From: an uncultured Ruminococcus sp.
Lineage (GTDB): Bacteria > Bacillota > Clostridia > Oscillospirales > Acutalibacteraceae
NCBI GenBank assembly: GCA_964601235.1
Contig: CAZRMP010000001.1
Coordinates: 1 to 63,605, forward strand
Length of the DNA: 63,605 nucleotides
Direction: 5' to 3'
Position 1 is the stretch's first letter. Every line of letters begins with the position of its first letter. Made by a program: the position numbers and the translations under genes. The notes below the pieces were generated by a model. The model saw nothing but the letters and a program-made list of their open reading frames with translations. It was not told the DNA's origin and did no database searches. Shown here piece after piece: positions 1-8,732 of the stretch.

Positions 1-100
1 CGAGGGTCCACCCGTTCCCATACCGAACACGGAAGTTAAGCTCGCTTGCGCTGAAAATACTTGGCGGGAAGCTGCCCGGGAAAATAAGTAGATGCCAACA
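1..100 (+). rRNA. rrf: 5S ribosomal RNA, 3' portion (5' end lies outside the window)
   Basis: Contains the conserved 5S core CCCGTTCCCATACCGAACACGGAAGTTAAGC. Followed by a hairpin plus T-run at 104-134. Confidence 0.8.
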
Positions 101-103
101 TTC

Positions 104-134
104 AGACCTGTACTTAATGTGCAGGTCTTTTTCT
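104..134 (+). terminator. Rho-independent terminator after 5S rRNA
   Basis: Stem AGACCTG / CAGGTCT with an 11-nt loop, followed by TTTTT. Confidence 0.7.
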
Positions 135-169
135 TTGCCGGTGATAAATCGCTTTTGTAAATTAAATCA

Positions 170-197
170 TTGACTTTTTGCGGAAAATATGTATAAT
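170..197 (+). promoter_or_regulatory. Sigma-A type promoter upstream of tRNA-Leu
   Basis: TTGACT (170-175), 16-nt spacer ending in TG (extended -10), TATAAT (192-197). Confidence 0.6.
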
Positions 198-343
198 TAA
201 TACTTGTAGCGGATTAAGCCGAAAGTAAGATTTTATCCGAAAGTAAGCTCCGCCTCGGATGGCCTCGCCGTGTAAAAATTAGAGGACAAAATGTAAGGCT
301 AAGGGTACTTATTCACTATTCACTCTTACCTATTACTTCATAT

Positions 344-430
344 GCGGGTATGGCGGAATAGGCAGACGCGCTAGATTCAGGTTCTAGTCGGGGTTCCTCG
401 GTGCAGGTTCAACTCCTGTTACCCGCACCA
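344..430 (+). tRNA. tRNA-Leu (anticodon CAG), type II with long variable arm and encoded CCA
   Basis: Acceptor GCGGGTA/TACCCGC. Anticodon stem CTAGA/TCTAG with loop TTCAGGT. Variable arm CGGGgttcCTCG. T-arm GCAGG TTCAACT CCTGT. Ends in ACCA. Confidence 0.85.
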
Positions 431-463
431 AAAATCCTCATTCTGTTGAATGAGGATTTTTTA
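431..463 (+). terminator. Rho-independent terminator after tRNA-Leu
   Basis: AAAATCCTCATT / AATGAGGATTTT stem with 6-nt loop, then a T-run. Confidence 0.8.
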
Positions 464-702
464 TCCTAGCCGATAGGCTTGGTATATCACCACGCTAAAA
501 GCATGTATATCATCAATTCGCTTTGCGAGTTGTATCTCATCACACCTTTAGGTGTGTATAAAAAGCTATCGGCTTAATGATATACAACACTGTGTGTTGA
601 TAATATAATCATTATAATGACTATCTATAACCATTATAAAAAGCTGTCGGTGAATGTCGGTTTTCGTTTCGATATAATATATGTTGAAACGGAGGTGACC
701 AA

Positions 703-1272
703 ATGGATATATTTTTATATTTATTGCTACAAATTATTAACGGTTTTGATTGGAACCCAGAATTTGGCGAGAGCAAAAACTATAAAAACTGGATAGCAAT
801 TTTAGATTTGAAAACATGTCCAATATGTAGAACTATGCACGGGAAAATCTGGAGAATCGAAGAACAACCCGAAGTCGAACCGGAAGTTCATGATTGGTGT
901 CGATGTGAAATTAAGATTATGAAAACGGTAAAAGCCGGAACCGCTACAACAAAAGGATTAGACGGTGCGGATTGGACTTTAAAATTTGAATCAAAATTGC
1001 CGGATTATTATTTGACCAGTGTTGATGCTAAAGCAAATGGTTGGATACCCAAAATAGCAAATTTATGGGCAGCTTGTCCGAATAAGATGATATTTGGTGG
1101 AAAATACAAAAACCGTAATAGCCATTTACCATGTAAAGAGGGTCGTATTTGGTATGAAGCGGATATAAATTATAGATTTGGCTATAGAAATAATCAGAGA
1201 GTTGTTTATTCGAATGATGGGTTAATATTTGTAACATACGATCACTACAAAACATTTTTTGAAATTGTATAG
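703..1272 (+). CDS. Barnase-family ribonuclease toxin with a residual phage MuF (SPP1 gp7) C-terminal zinc knuckle
   Basis: RBS GGAGGTG upstream. The C-terminal ~110 aa align by eye with Bacillus barnase (LPDYY, ANGW, GRIWYEADINY, GYRN, R..YS.DGLI, T.DHYKTF), including the catalytic Glu, Arg and His. The N-terminal CPIC...HDWCRC motif matches the tail of the MuF domain. Confidence 0.85.
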   Translation: MDIFLYLLLQIINGFDWNPEFGESKNYKNWIAILDLKTCPICRTMHGKIWRIEEQPEVEPEVHDWCRCEIKIMKTVKAGTATTKGLDGADWTLKFESKLPDYYLTSVDAKANGWIPKIANLWAACPNKMIFGGKYKNRNSHLPCKEGRIWYEADINYRFGYRNNQRVVYSNDGLIFVTYDHYKTFFEIV

Positions 1273-1284
1273 GAGGAAAAAGAA

Positions 1285-1602
1285 ATGGATCATAATGATT
1301 ATCACGCATTTAAAGAAATAACCGAAAATCCTATAATATTAGATTTTTCCAAATGCAAATATTTAGGCGAAATTCATTTAATGCTTAAAGAAAAATTCGG
1401 TTTGCCCGAATATTACGGAGAAAATTGGGACGCTCTTTGGGATTGCCTCAGGTATTTATTTGATAATAAAAAATATATCGTTGAAGTACACAATTTGGAT
1501 TCATTAGATAAAAAGTTGCAAGAAGAATGCAAACTGATGTTAGAAGTTTTTGATGATGTTCATAATGAAACTCCAAATTTTTCGTATAAAATCATATCAT
1601 AA
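1285..1602 (+). CDS. Barstar-family ribonuclease inhibitor (immunity protein)
   Basis: RBS AGGAGG. Starts 12 nt after the toxin stop. Carries the barstar hallmark LPEYYGENWDALWDCL. Confidence 0.85.
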   Translation: MDHNDYHAFKEITENPIILDFSKCKYLGEIHLMLKEKFGLPEYYGENWDALWDCLRYLFDNKKYIVEVHNLDSLDKKLQEECKLMLEVFDDVHNETPNFSYKIIS

Positions 1603-1926
1603 AACTTGTTTATTAAATGTTGCGAGAGTTCATATCCCTACACATATTCGGACAAAAATATCTTTTTGTTTGTAATATCCGGACTTTTATGGTAAATACA
1701 AATGCTAAGAAATTCGGGGTATTTTCTACCTGAAGACATAGATTTATGAGGAGTTCTTTTTTGAACACCCATCACAGTCAAGTGCTTCAACATGCAAACG
1801 CGTAGTTGAGGCGCTTCTTTTTTTGCGGTTTTCCGCTCGCGTTTCAGCCAATACACAGCTAAGCACTTGTATCTGTTGATTAAATTGTGTTATAATGGTT
1901 AAAAAATTATTGTTTGAGGCAGCAAA

Positions 1927-2997
1927 ATGAAGAAAAAAATTATAAAATCATTATGTATAGCTTTGTCGGCAATTGTATTAGCGGTGTTGGGATACCTATT
2001 GTATGTTGTTATTAGCTATCACCGTGTTGAGGATAACCTTACCCTCGGCGTTGAGGGTGAAGCGACGGTCAATGCTCCTGTTAATACCGAGCTTTCTCTT
2101 TCAACCTATAATATCGGATTCGGGGCATACAGTGCCGATTATTCTTTTTTTATGGACGGGGGAGAACATTCAAGGGCGCTTTCCAAGGATGCCGTGATTA
2201 ACAATACGAAGGGTGCTGTTGAAACGATAAAGGATGAAAATCCCGACTTTATGCTCTGGCAGGAGGTGGATACCGACGGTACCCGCAGCTATCATATAAA
2301 CCAAAAGGATCTGATTTCCGAGAGCTTTAAAGACTTTGACAGCGTTTTTGCAGAAAATTACAACTCGCCGTATTTTTTATATCCCTTTCACGAGCCTATC
2401 GGCGCAAACAAATCGGGAATTCTTACATTTTCCCGTTTCAATATAGAATCCGGTATTAGAAAAAGTCTGCCAGTGGAAGACTCCCTTGCAAAGTATTTTG
2501 ACCTTGACCGCGCCTACAGTGTTTCGGTTATAAAAACCTCTGACGGCAAGGAGCTGGCACTCTACAATGTTCATCTGTCTGCTTATACCACGGACGGCAC
2601 AATCGCCGAAGACCAACTTAGAATTTTAAGTGCCGATATGAAAGAACAGTATAACAAGGGCAATTATGTCATTGCGGCAGGGGATTTTAATAAGGATATG
2701 TTGGGTGATTCTTCAAAATATTTTAAGCGTTCTGAGGGTAAGTATAACTGGGCGGCGCCTTTTAATGATGATTTATTACCCCACGGAATCACAAGTCACA
2801 GCGGCTCTGATTCCCCCACCTGCCGTAATGCCGACTCTGCCTTTAAGGGGGACGGCACCGACTTTGTCCTTTCGGTTGACGGTGTGCTTGTAAGCGATAA
2901 TGTTGAGGTTTTATCCTGTGAGACAATTGATACATCCTTTGCTTACAGCGACCATAATCCCGTGTATCTTAAATTCATTTTAAAATCAGAAAAATAA
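1927..2997 (+). CDS. Membrane-anchored endonuclease/exonuclease/phosphatase (EEP) family protein
   Basis: N-terminal TM helix. GDFN and C-terminal SDHNPV motifs are typical of the EEP fold. Confidence 0.7.
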   Translation: MKKKIIKSLCIALSAIVLAVLGYLLYVVISYHRVEDNLTLGVEGEATVNAPVNTELSLSTYNIGFGAYSADYSFFMDGGEHSRALSKDAVINNTKGAVETIKDENPDFMLWQEVDTDGTRSYHINQKDLISESFKDFDSVFAENYNSPYFLYPFHEPIGANKSGILTFSRFNIESGIRKSLPVEDSLAKYFDLDRAYSVSVIKTSDGKELALYNVHLSAYTTDGTIAEDQLRILSADMKEQYNKGNYVIAAGDFNKDMLGDSSKYFKRSEGKYNWAAPFNDDLLPHGITSHSGSDSPTCRNADSAFKGDGTDFVLSVDGVLVSDNVEVLSCETIDTSFAYSDHNPVYLKFILKSEK

Positions 2998-3152
2998 GAT
3001 TTATTGAAGCCGTTTCAAGCGGCGTTCTAAAATTGTTTGTGATAATATAGTTTGAGAAGGTTTGAGGGGATTTTCCGTTCAAGTCCCTTTTTGTGCTGTA
3101 CTTTAACTTCAATTTATGCTATAATTAAAACAAAAATTGCAGGAGAGTAAAT

Positions 3153-3317
3153 ATGTCGATTGAGAAGGTAAGAGAATATTTTAAATCTGTCGGAATAGAC
3201 GGAAGAATAAGGGAATTCGGCGAATCCAGCGCAATCGACCTTACCATAGCCGAGCTTGAAAAGTATTCGGGATATATTGCTTGGGTAGATGTTTGCAAAC
3301 CTATCCAAAGCGTTTAA
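3153..3317 (+). pseudogene. Possible 54-codon remnant of a YbaK/EbsC-type aminoacyl-tRNA deacylase gene
   Basis: RBS AGGAGAG. MSIEKVREYFKSVGIDGRIREFGESSA resembles the N-terminus of YbaK/EbsC proteins, but the frame stops after 54 aa. Confidence 0.35.
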
Positions 3318-3415
3318 ACTTGAGGCAAGTTTAAATGCTGTGCCTCGTGAGGAATAAGAGTAGATTTTTACTTGTTCGCTTTTACGTCAAAAAATTGAAA
3401 AGGGGGGATTTAAAA

Positions 3416-4258
3416 ATGCGCGGTATATTATTATCGCTTGCCGTAATAACCGTTCTGCTTATGACTTCGTGTAAGCAATCGGAATCGACGGCAGGCTCGG
3501 GCGGAAGCGATTTCGGCACTTTGGAAACATCGATTTCAGAAAGCGATCAATCTGTAGCTCAGAGCGAAGCTATACCGATGGCAGATAACGCTTCAAATGA
3601 GGAATCTTCGGCGGCCTCTGAAATATCTGAAGCGGTACATCAGCATACTTTCGGTGACTGGAGAGTAGTGACCGAGGCAAAGTGCAGCGTGTCCGGCAAG
3701 CGTGTTCGCACCTGCGAATGCGGCTATGAGGAAAGTGAGACTCTTTCGGCTTTAAAACACAGCTGGGGTGGTTGGATTGTAATAACGCCTGCAACCTATG
3801 AGACGGCGGGGGAACAAAGACACACCTGTTCCACCTGCGGAGCCACCGAATCCCAGGTGATTCCCGTAAAGGTTTTGACCGATGCCGATAAAAAGGCTCA
3901 GGCGCGGGTTGTAGCCCAGCAGATTGCCGACGAAGCGTTAAAAAACGGAAATACCGATCTTGAAAAGGTGCAGTATGCGGCTTCTGCCGTGGCAGAATAC
4001 TGTAATAATGCCACATATACCACCGAGGATAAGGACTATTCGCAGGCATACGGAGTCTTTATAAAGGGAGTTTACACCTGTGCCGGAGCAACGCGCGCAT
4101 TGGGCTTGGTGCTTGAATGTATGGGATACGATTGGACGCACGCTAATGAGAATCAATGGACGCATCAGTGGTGTATTCTTAAAATGGACGGTCAGGAGGG
4201 CTTCGCCGACGGACAGGTAGGACTGGTAGGTTACGGCAAGCACTTTGTTGCAGAATAA
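3416..4258 (+). CDS. Lipoprotein with Cys-rich repeats and a possible transglutaminase-like Cys/His/Asp core
   Basis: Start moved to ATG 3416 (RBS AAAGGGGGG, lipobox LLMTSC). Two H.W..W....C...G..R.C..CG repeats. The C-terminal YTCAGATRALG...HQW...ADG arrangement is tentative. Confidence 0.6.
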   Translation: MRGILLSLAVITVLLMTSCKQSESTAGSGGSDFGTLETSISESDQSVAQSEAIPMADNASNEESSAASEISEAVHQHTFGDWRVVTEAKCSVSGKRVRTCECGYEESETLSALKHSWGGWIVITPATYETAGEQRHTCSTCGATESQVIPVKVLTDADKKAQARVVAQQIADEALKNGNTDLEKVQYAASAVAEYCNNATYTTEDKDYSQAYGVFIKGVYTCAGATRALGLVLECMGYDWTHANENQWTHQWCILKMDGQEGFADGQVGLVGYGKHFVAE

Positions 4259-4346
4259 ATAACATATAACACAATAAAGGAAGACAGCATAGGACAAGAG
4301 ACCCGTCCGCTGTCCTGTGCCGGAATTAAAATGAGGAGTAGATAAA

Positions 4347-4973
4347 ATGAAAAAGTGTATTAATTGCGGAATGCAAAATGAGGATCAGTCAAATTTCTGT
4401 GTATCTTGCGGTTCTTCTGATTTTTCCAATGATAATGAGCAATCGGTACAGAACCTAAACTATCAAGCTCAAGGACAGGGTTATCCCCCTGTTTATACCC
4501 CTGAACAACCTATCGTTCAGCACCCAATGAAATGGTTTAAGTTCTTAATCTATTTTGCTTTATTCTTTGGAGCATTTGCAAACCTTGTTTTGGGTTTGAA
4601 TTACATAAGCGGCGGAATTTATCCTGTTCAAACCAACGGGCAAGTTACAGCTGATATGGTATACGGCTTTTACGGCGGCGGATTAAAGACATTAGATGTA
4701 TTCTACGGCGTTATAATGGTTGCTATTGCCGGATTTGGAATATTCACAAGGTTTAGATTGTCAAAATACAAAGCTGACGGTCCGAAGTGCGTTTATATAA
4801 TTTATGCATCAGGCGCGGTATCAACTTTGATATACAATATTGCATTGTTCGCTGTAAACGGATTAAATCAGATATTCACAGTTTCAAGCATAACTTCACT
4901 TGTTGTATCTGCTTTGTTTGTATTCTTGAACTACAGATATTTCACCAAGAGAAAAGAATTATTTAATAATTAA
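4347..4973 (+). CDS. Zinc-ribbon domain membrane protein
   Basis: RBS GAGGAG. N-terminal CINCG...CVSCG zinc ribbon followed by about 4 hydrophobic helices. Confidence 0.7.
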   Translation: MKKCINCGMQNEDQSNFCVSCGSSDFSNDNEQSVQNLNYQAQGQGYPPVYTPEQPIVQHPMKWFKFLIYFALFFGAFANLVLGLNYISGGIYPVQTNGQVTADMVYGFYGGGLKTLDVFYGVIMVAIAGFGIFTRFRLSKYKADGPKCVYIIYASGAVSTLIYNIALFAVNGLNQIFTVSSITSLVVSALFVFLNYRYFTKRKELFNN

Positions 4974-4995
4974 TGTAACTGAAAAGGAGAAACAA

Positions 4996-5949
4996 ATGTT
5001 AGCTGTACTTATAATTCTTATCGCTGTTCTGTTTTTAATTTTAATATTAGCAAATATTAAAATTGTGCCTCAGGCTCATGAGTTTGTAATTGAATTTCTT
5101 GGTAAATATAAAACAACATGGACTGCGGGTTTTCACATTAAGATACCCTTCTTTGAGAGAGTTGCAAAGAAAATCACCCTTAAAGAGCAGGTTCTTGACT
5201 CTCCCCCTCAACCCGTAATCACTAAAGATAATGTAACTATGCAGATTGACACGGTAATTTACTATTCTATCTATGACGCAAAGTTATATGCTTACGGTGC
5301 TGTTAATCCGATTTCTGCTTTGTCTAACTTGGCGGCCACCACTCTTCGTAACATTGTTGGTGAACTTGAACTTGACGGTACTCTTACCTCCCGCGATACC
5401 ATTAATGCTAAGATGACTGAGATTCTTGATGAGGCTACGGATAAATGGGGTATTAAGGTTAACCGTGTAGAACTTAAAAATATTATTCCGCCTACTGAAA
5501 TTCAAAATGCAATGGAAAAGCAAATGAAGGCTGAACGCGACCGCCGTGAAACATTATTACAGGCAGAGGGTCATAAGGCAGCAGCCATTACCCGTGCAGA
5601 GGGTGATAAGCAAGCTATGATTCTCGCTGCTGAGGGCGAACGCGACGCCCGTATTGCCCGTGCCGAAGGTGAGGCCAAGGCAATATTCCTTGCTAAAAAA
5701 GCGGAAGCCGACGGTCTGCGCGAATTAAAAACTGCCGGTGCTGACGCGGCTGTTCTTGAAATCAAGAAATACGAAGCATTAGTTGCTATGTCTAACGGCA
5801 GAGCAGCCAAAATTATTGTTCCTACCGATGCTGTAGATATGACTAAAGCCAATGTTATGTTCTCGGAAACTTCAGGTTTGGGAGATACCACCGGGCCTGA
5901 TCCTGAAACTCCAAACCTTAAGAAAAAAGCAGATCCTTGCTGCGATTGA
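4996..5949 (+). CDS. SPFH/Band 7 (stomatin/prohibitin-like) membrane protein
   Basis: RBS AAGGAG. N-terminal TM, SPFH core (TKDNV...D.V.YY.I.D, WGIKV..VE...I.PP), Ala/Glu-rich coiled coil. Ends in ...DPCCD. Confidence 0.9.
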   Translation: MLAVLIILIAVLFLILILANIKIVPQAHEFVIEFLGKYKTTWTAGFHIKIPFFERVAKKITLKEQVLDSPPQPVITKDNVTMQIDTVIYYSIYDAKLYAYGAVNPISALSNLAATTLRNIVGELELDGTLTSRDTINAKMTEILDEATDKWGIKVNRVELKNIIPPTEIQNAMEKQMKAERDRRETLLQAEGHKAAAITRAEGDKQAMILAAEGERDARIARAEGEAKAIFLAKKAEADGLRELKTAGADAAVLEIKKYEALVAMSNGRAAKIIVPTDAVDMTKANVMFSETSGLGDTTGPDPETPNLKKKADPCCD

Positions 5950-5994
5950 TAGTTGGGGGCTAAAGGCAGAGGCGTATTGAGGATTAAAACAAGC

Positions 5995-6028
5995 AAAAAG
6001 ACCGATTTCGTTGCGAAATCGGTCTTTA
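5995..6028. terminator. Bidirectional terminator between convergent genes
   Basis: Perfect 11-bp stem GACCGATTTCG/CGAAATCGGTC with a 3-nt loop, flanked by an A-run and a T-run. Confidence 0.8.
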
Positions 6029-6044
6029 AGTTTAATATGTATTT

Positions 6045-7763
6045 TTAAGAAATCTTTTTGTAAACGGGGATGTTTTCGGTGTTTACATGGATTATGCCGT
6101 TTTCAGGGAGTTCGATTTCTTCGCCGGTGAAGAAATCTGCCCATTTAGCAGAAACAGGAAGGTAAACATCGCGCTCGTTGCCTGTACCTGCGGCGATGGG
6201 GGCAACCAAGATATCCTCGCAGAACATATACTCATCGTCTATCCTGTAGGTTCTCCAGTCATCGGTAAAGTCCATTATCAGCGCACGAACGGGGGGCTTT
6301 CCTGTGGTGTGGTATCTGTCAAACGCCTCTTTAAGCATGGGTATCAGGCGATAGCGCAGCTTGATAAGCTCTCTGATTTCATCCTCGCAGTCGAAGATAA
6401 CCCACGGAATACCGTCATAATACCAGGCGTTAACCAAGCACTGGGTTGAGAAGATAATGCACTGCATACGGCGGATACACTCCTCCTTTGTGTCTGCCTG
6501 ACGGAATTCGGGAGTCCAGAGAATACCCGAGAAGCCCGAGTTTACAACACCGCGGATAAAGTCCTTGTGGTCGTACAAATCGCTGTAGAGCACAAAGGGG
6601 TAGGGAGCGGCGAGGGCGCCTAACTGACGGATTTCGGAAAGGGTTTGATTCTCGCCCAAAGCGTCCATCAAGGTTTGGGCGTACAGAGTACCGAAAAGGG
6701 AGTGGTACTGGTCGCCCTCAAGTCCTGAGGGGAACTGGGTTGACAGCGGGAAGCTCCAGCCGCCTGTAAAGTCGCTCGAGTCGCACTCGTCAAGCTTGAA
6801 GCCGTCTATTCCTTTTTCAACCAACTTTTCACGGTGGTAGTCGGCGAAGATTTTGCGCCCTTCCTCAGTGGCGAAATCGGGCACTACACCGCCCCAAACA
6901 AGCCAGTCGCCCGAATGGGGGGCGATTTCATCGTGAAACTCGGCATCGGGATGAACAAAGCCGTGCTCCCAAAGGTTAATGTGGAAGCCCCTATCCTTAA
7001 GGTAGGAAATAAATTCGTCGGGATTCGGGTATTTATCGCTCCATTTATATGTGCAGGAATAAGCGTGGGTGTGCCAGCCCGGCTCAAGACCGATAATGTC
7101 GCAGGGAATGTCGTTTTCTCTAAAATAGTCGGCAGTCTTTTTAACCTGCTCGGAGTCCCACTTATAGTAGCAACGGTAGAGAAGACCCAGCGACCATTCG
7201 GGGACCTCGGGGCCGCCGCCCGCTAACATATTGTACTGGCTTACAATATCGGTTATGGTAGCGCCCTCAATAACATATACATCAATACCTGCCGCCGCGG
7301 GGATTCTTACGCTCATAACTAAGTCGGCGTCCTTACGGACAGCATAAAGCTCTGCCTCGCTTCCTGCGGCTCCGCCCGTGGAAACGGCGGTCTTTCCGAT
7401 AACGTTCTTCTGCTTGCCGCAGTAGAACTCGGCATAACGGGCGGTATCAAAATACATACCGTAGCCCTTGTTGGTTACGAAAAAGGGTACGGGAGCGTGG
7501 GTTTCGCCGTCGCCCGAAACGGGGTCTGCGTTTACATCAAGGCGAAGCTTTTTGCCCCTGTGCTCGAAGCCCTTTAACTGCAGACCAAAGCCGTAAATAC
7601 GGCAGTCGTCCTCAATGGGGAACTCAACCACACAGCCACTTGTAAGCTTCTTAAACTCAAAGTTGGAGGCGGGGTATTTTACATCTGTTTCAACATAGTT
7701 GAAATCCTTGCAAAAATACGAGGGAACAAGCTTTTCGGGAGTACCGAAGGTAAATTTTTTCAT
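6045..7763 (-). CDS. Glycoside hydrolase, GH31-like (alpha-glucosidase/xylosidase type)
   Basis: 572-aa ORF. PEWSLG...DIPCD...GIDGFKLDECD pattern resembles the GH31 catalytic barrel. No signal peptide. Confidence 0.6.
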   Translation of the reverse strand: MKKFTFGTPEKLVPSYFCKDFNYVETDVKYPASNFEFKKLTSGCVVEFPIEDDCRIYGFGLQLKGFEHRGKKLRLDVNADPVSGDGETHAPVPFFVTNKGYGMYFDTARYAEFYCGKQKNVIGKTAVSTGGAAGSEAELYAVRKDADLVMSVRIPAAAGIDVYVIEGATITDIVSQYNMLAGGGPEVPEWSLGLLYRCYYKWDSEQVKKTADYFRENDIPCDIIGLEPGWHTHAYSCTYKWSDKYPNPDEFISYLKDRGFHINLWEHGFVHPDAEFHDEIAPHSGDWLVWGGVVPDFATEEGRKIFADYHREKLVEKGIDGFKLDECDSSDFTGGWSFPLSTQFPSGLEGDQYHSLFGTLYAQTLMDALGENQTLSEIRQLGALAAPYPFVLYSDLYDHKDFIRGVVNSGFSGILWTPEFRQADTKEECIRRMQCIIFSTQCLVNAWYYDGIPWVIFDCEDEIRELIKLRYRLIPMLKEAFDRYHTTGKPPVRALIMDFTDDWRTYRIDDEYMFCEDILVAPIAAGTGNERDVYLPVSAKWADFFTGEEIELPENGIIHVNTENIPVYKKIS

Positions 7764-7851
7764 AGTGCAACATCCTTTGCATATTTATAACTTCATTTTA
7801 TAGTTGCAATGCTATAAAGTCAAGATAAATTTAAGCCAAAACCCCATCGGT

Positions 7852-8610
7852 TTAGAAATCGCTGTTTTTCCGTACCTCTTTTGGGGTAAGTCCCATATAT
7901 GTTTTGAGTATTCTCCTGAAATGAGAGGCGGAGCTGAGCCCTATTAAGGCGCTTATTTCCTCAACGGTTTTGTCGGTGGTTAAAAGGTATTCAATACCCT
8001 TTTTGCACTTGGCCTTAAGCCGGTAGTCGTTAGGGGTACAGCCCGCCTTTTCCTTAAACAGCATATAAAGATACGGCTCGCTGATAAATAAGCTTTGTGC
8101 CACCTCGGCTACCGAACAGTCGGTGTGTTTTCTTATATATTTCTTGGCATTTCTTACGATTTCGTCCTTTTTCGACACGGGCTGGCTTTGCCTTAAATAA
8201 GGGATAATTTTTGCCAGAGCGCCGTAAAAAAGGCTAAGGGTTTCACAGCTTAAGGAATTGCCTTCGGTAGGGATTTTTAAAATCTGATTTTTAAGCTCTT
8301 TGTCACAGTCAATAACCTGCAGATTAAAATTCAGCTTTTCCTTAGCCTCGGTATTTGAAAAGCCGTAGGAGAGAAATTCTATTTCATCATCGCCGTACCA
8401 ATAGGATTCATAGGGAAGATTCACGGGTATAAAAAATATATCCCCTTCTTTAATTTGTAAGGTGCGGTGATTTGATAAAATTTCAGCCCTTCCTTTAATC
8501 ATACAGGCTATATAGTTCATAGGCGAGCCTTTGCTGTTATCGGTATAATGGTATTTTTCAAACCGTATTCTGCAAAAATAATAATCATTGGACGAAAAGA
8601 CGCCGCTCAT
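7852..8610 (-). CDS. AraC family transcriptional regulator
   Basis: N-terminal cupin-like domain and a C-terminal double HTH (SVAEVAQSLFISEPYLYMLFK...GLSSASHFRRILK). Confidence 0.85.
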   Translation of the reverse strand: MSGVFSSNDYYFCRIRFEKYHYTDNSKGSPMNYIACMIKGRAEILSNHRTLQIKEGDIFFIPVNLPYESYWYGDDEIEFLSYGFSNTEAKEKLNFNLQVIDCDKELKNQILKIPTEGNSLSCETLSLFYGALAKIIPYLRQSQPVSKKDEIVRNAKKYIRKHTDCSVAEVAQSLFISEPYLYMLFKEKAGCTPNDYRLKAKCKKGIEYLLTTDKTVEEISALIGLSSASHFRRILKTYMGLTPKEVRKNSDF

Positions 8611-8732
8611 TGCAATGCCCCCTTTAAATATTATAGAATCATACCCTTTTATTATATTATATGCTATTGTTTTTTAATGTCAACCGTGTGTATAATGAAA
8701 ACATAAAAATTTACATACGGTAGGTGCTTTTT

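Noticed and set aside
1638-1856. 72-aa minus-strand ORF in the spacer after barstar
   Set aside because: It has no RBS and no recognisable domain. It overlaps the likely promoter region of the EEP gene. I could not support it as a recombinase or transposase remnant.
431-1926. Complete tRNA-targeted genomic island with duplicated tRNA 3' end
   Set aside because: I found no second copy of the tRNA-Leu 3' segment (GGTTCAACTCCTGTTACCCGCACCA) downstream, and no integrase. Only the AT-rich composition and short local repeats support foreign origin, so it is reported as an islet or remnant rather than an intact island.
3114-3308. 64-aa minus-strand ORF
   Set aside because: The plus strand here has an RBS-preceded frame with a YbaK-like N-terminus (3153-3317). 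The minus-strand translation has no features.
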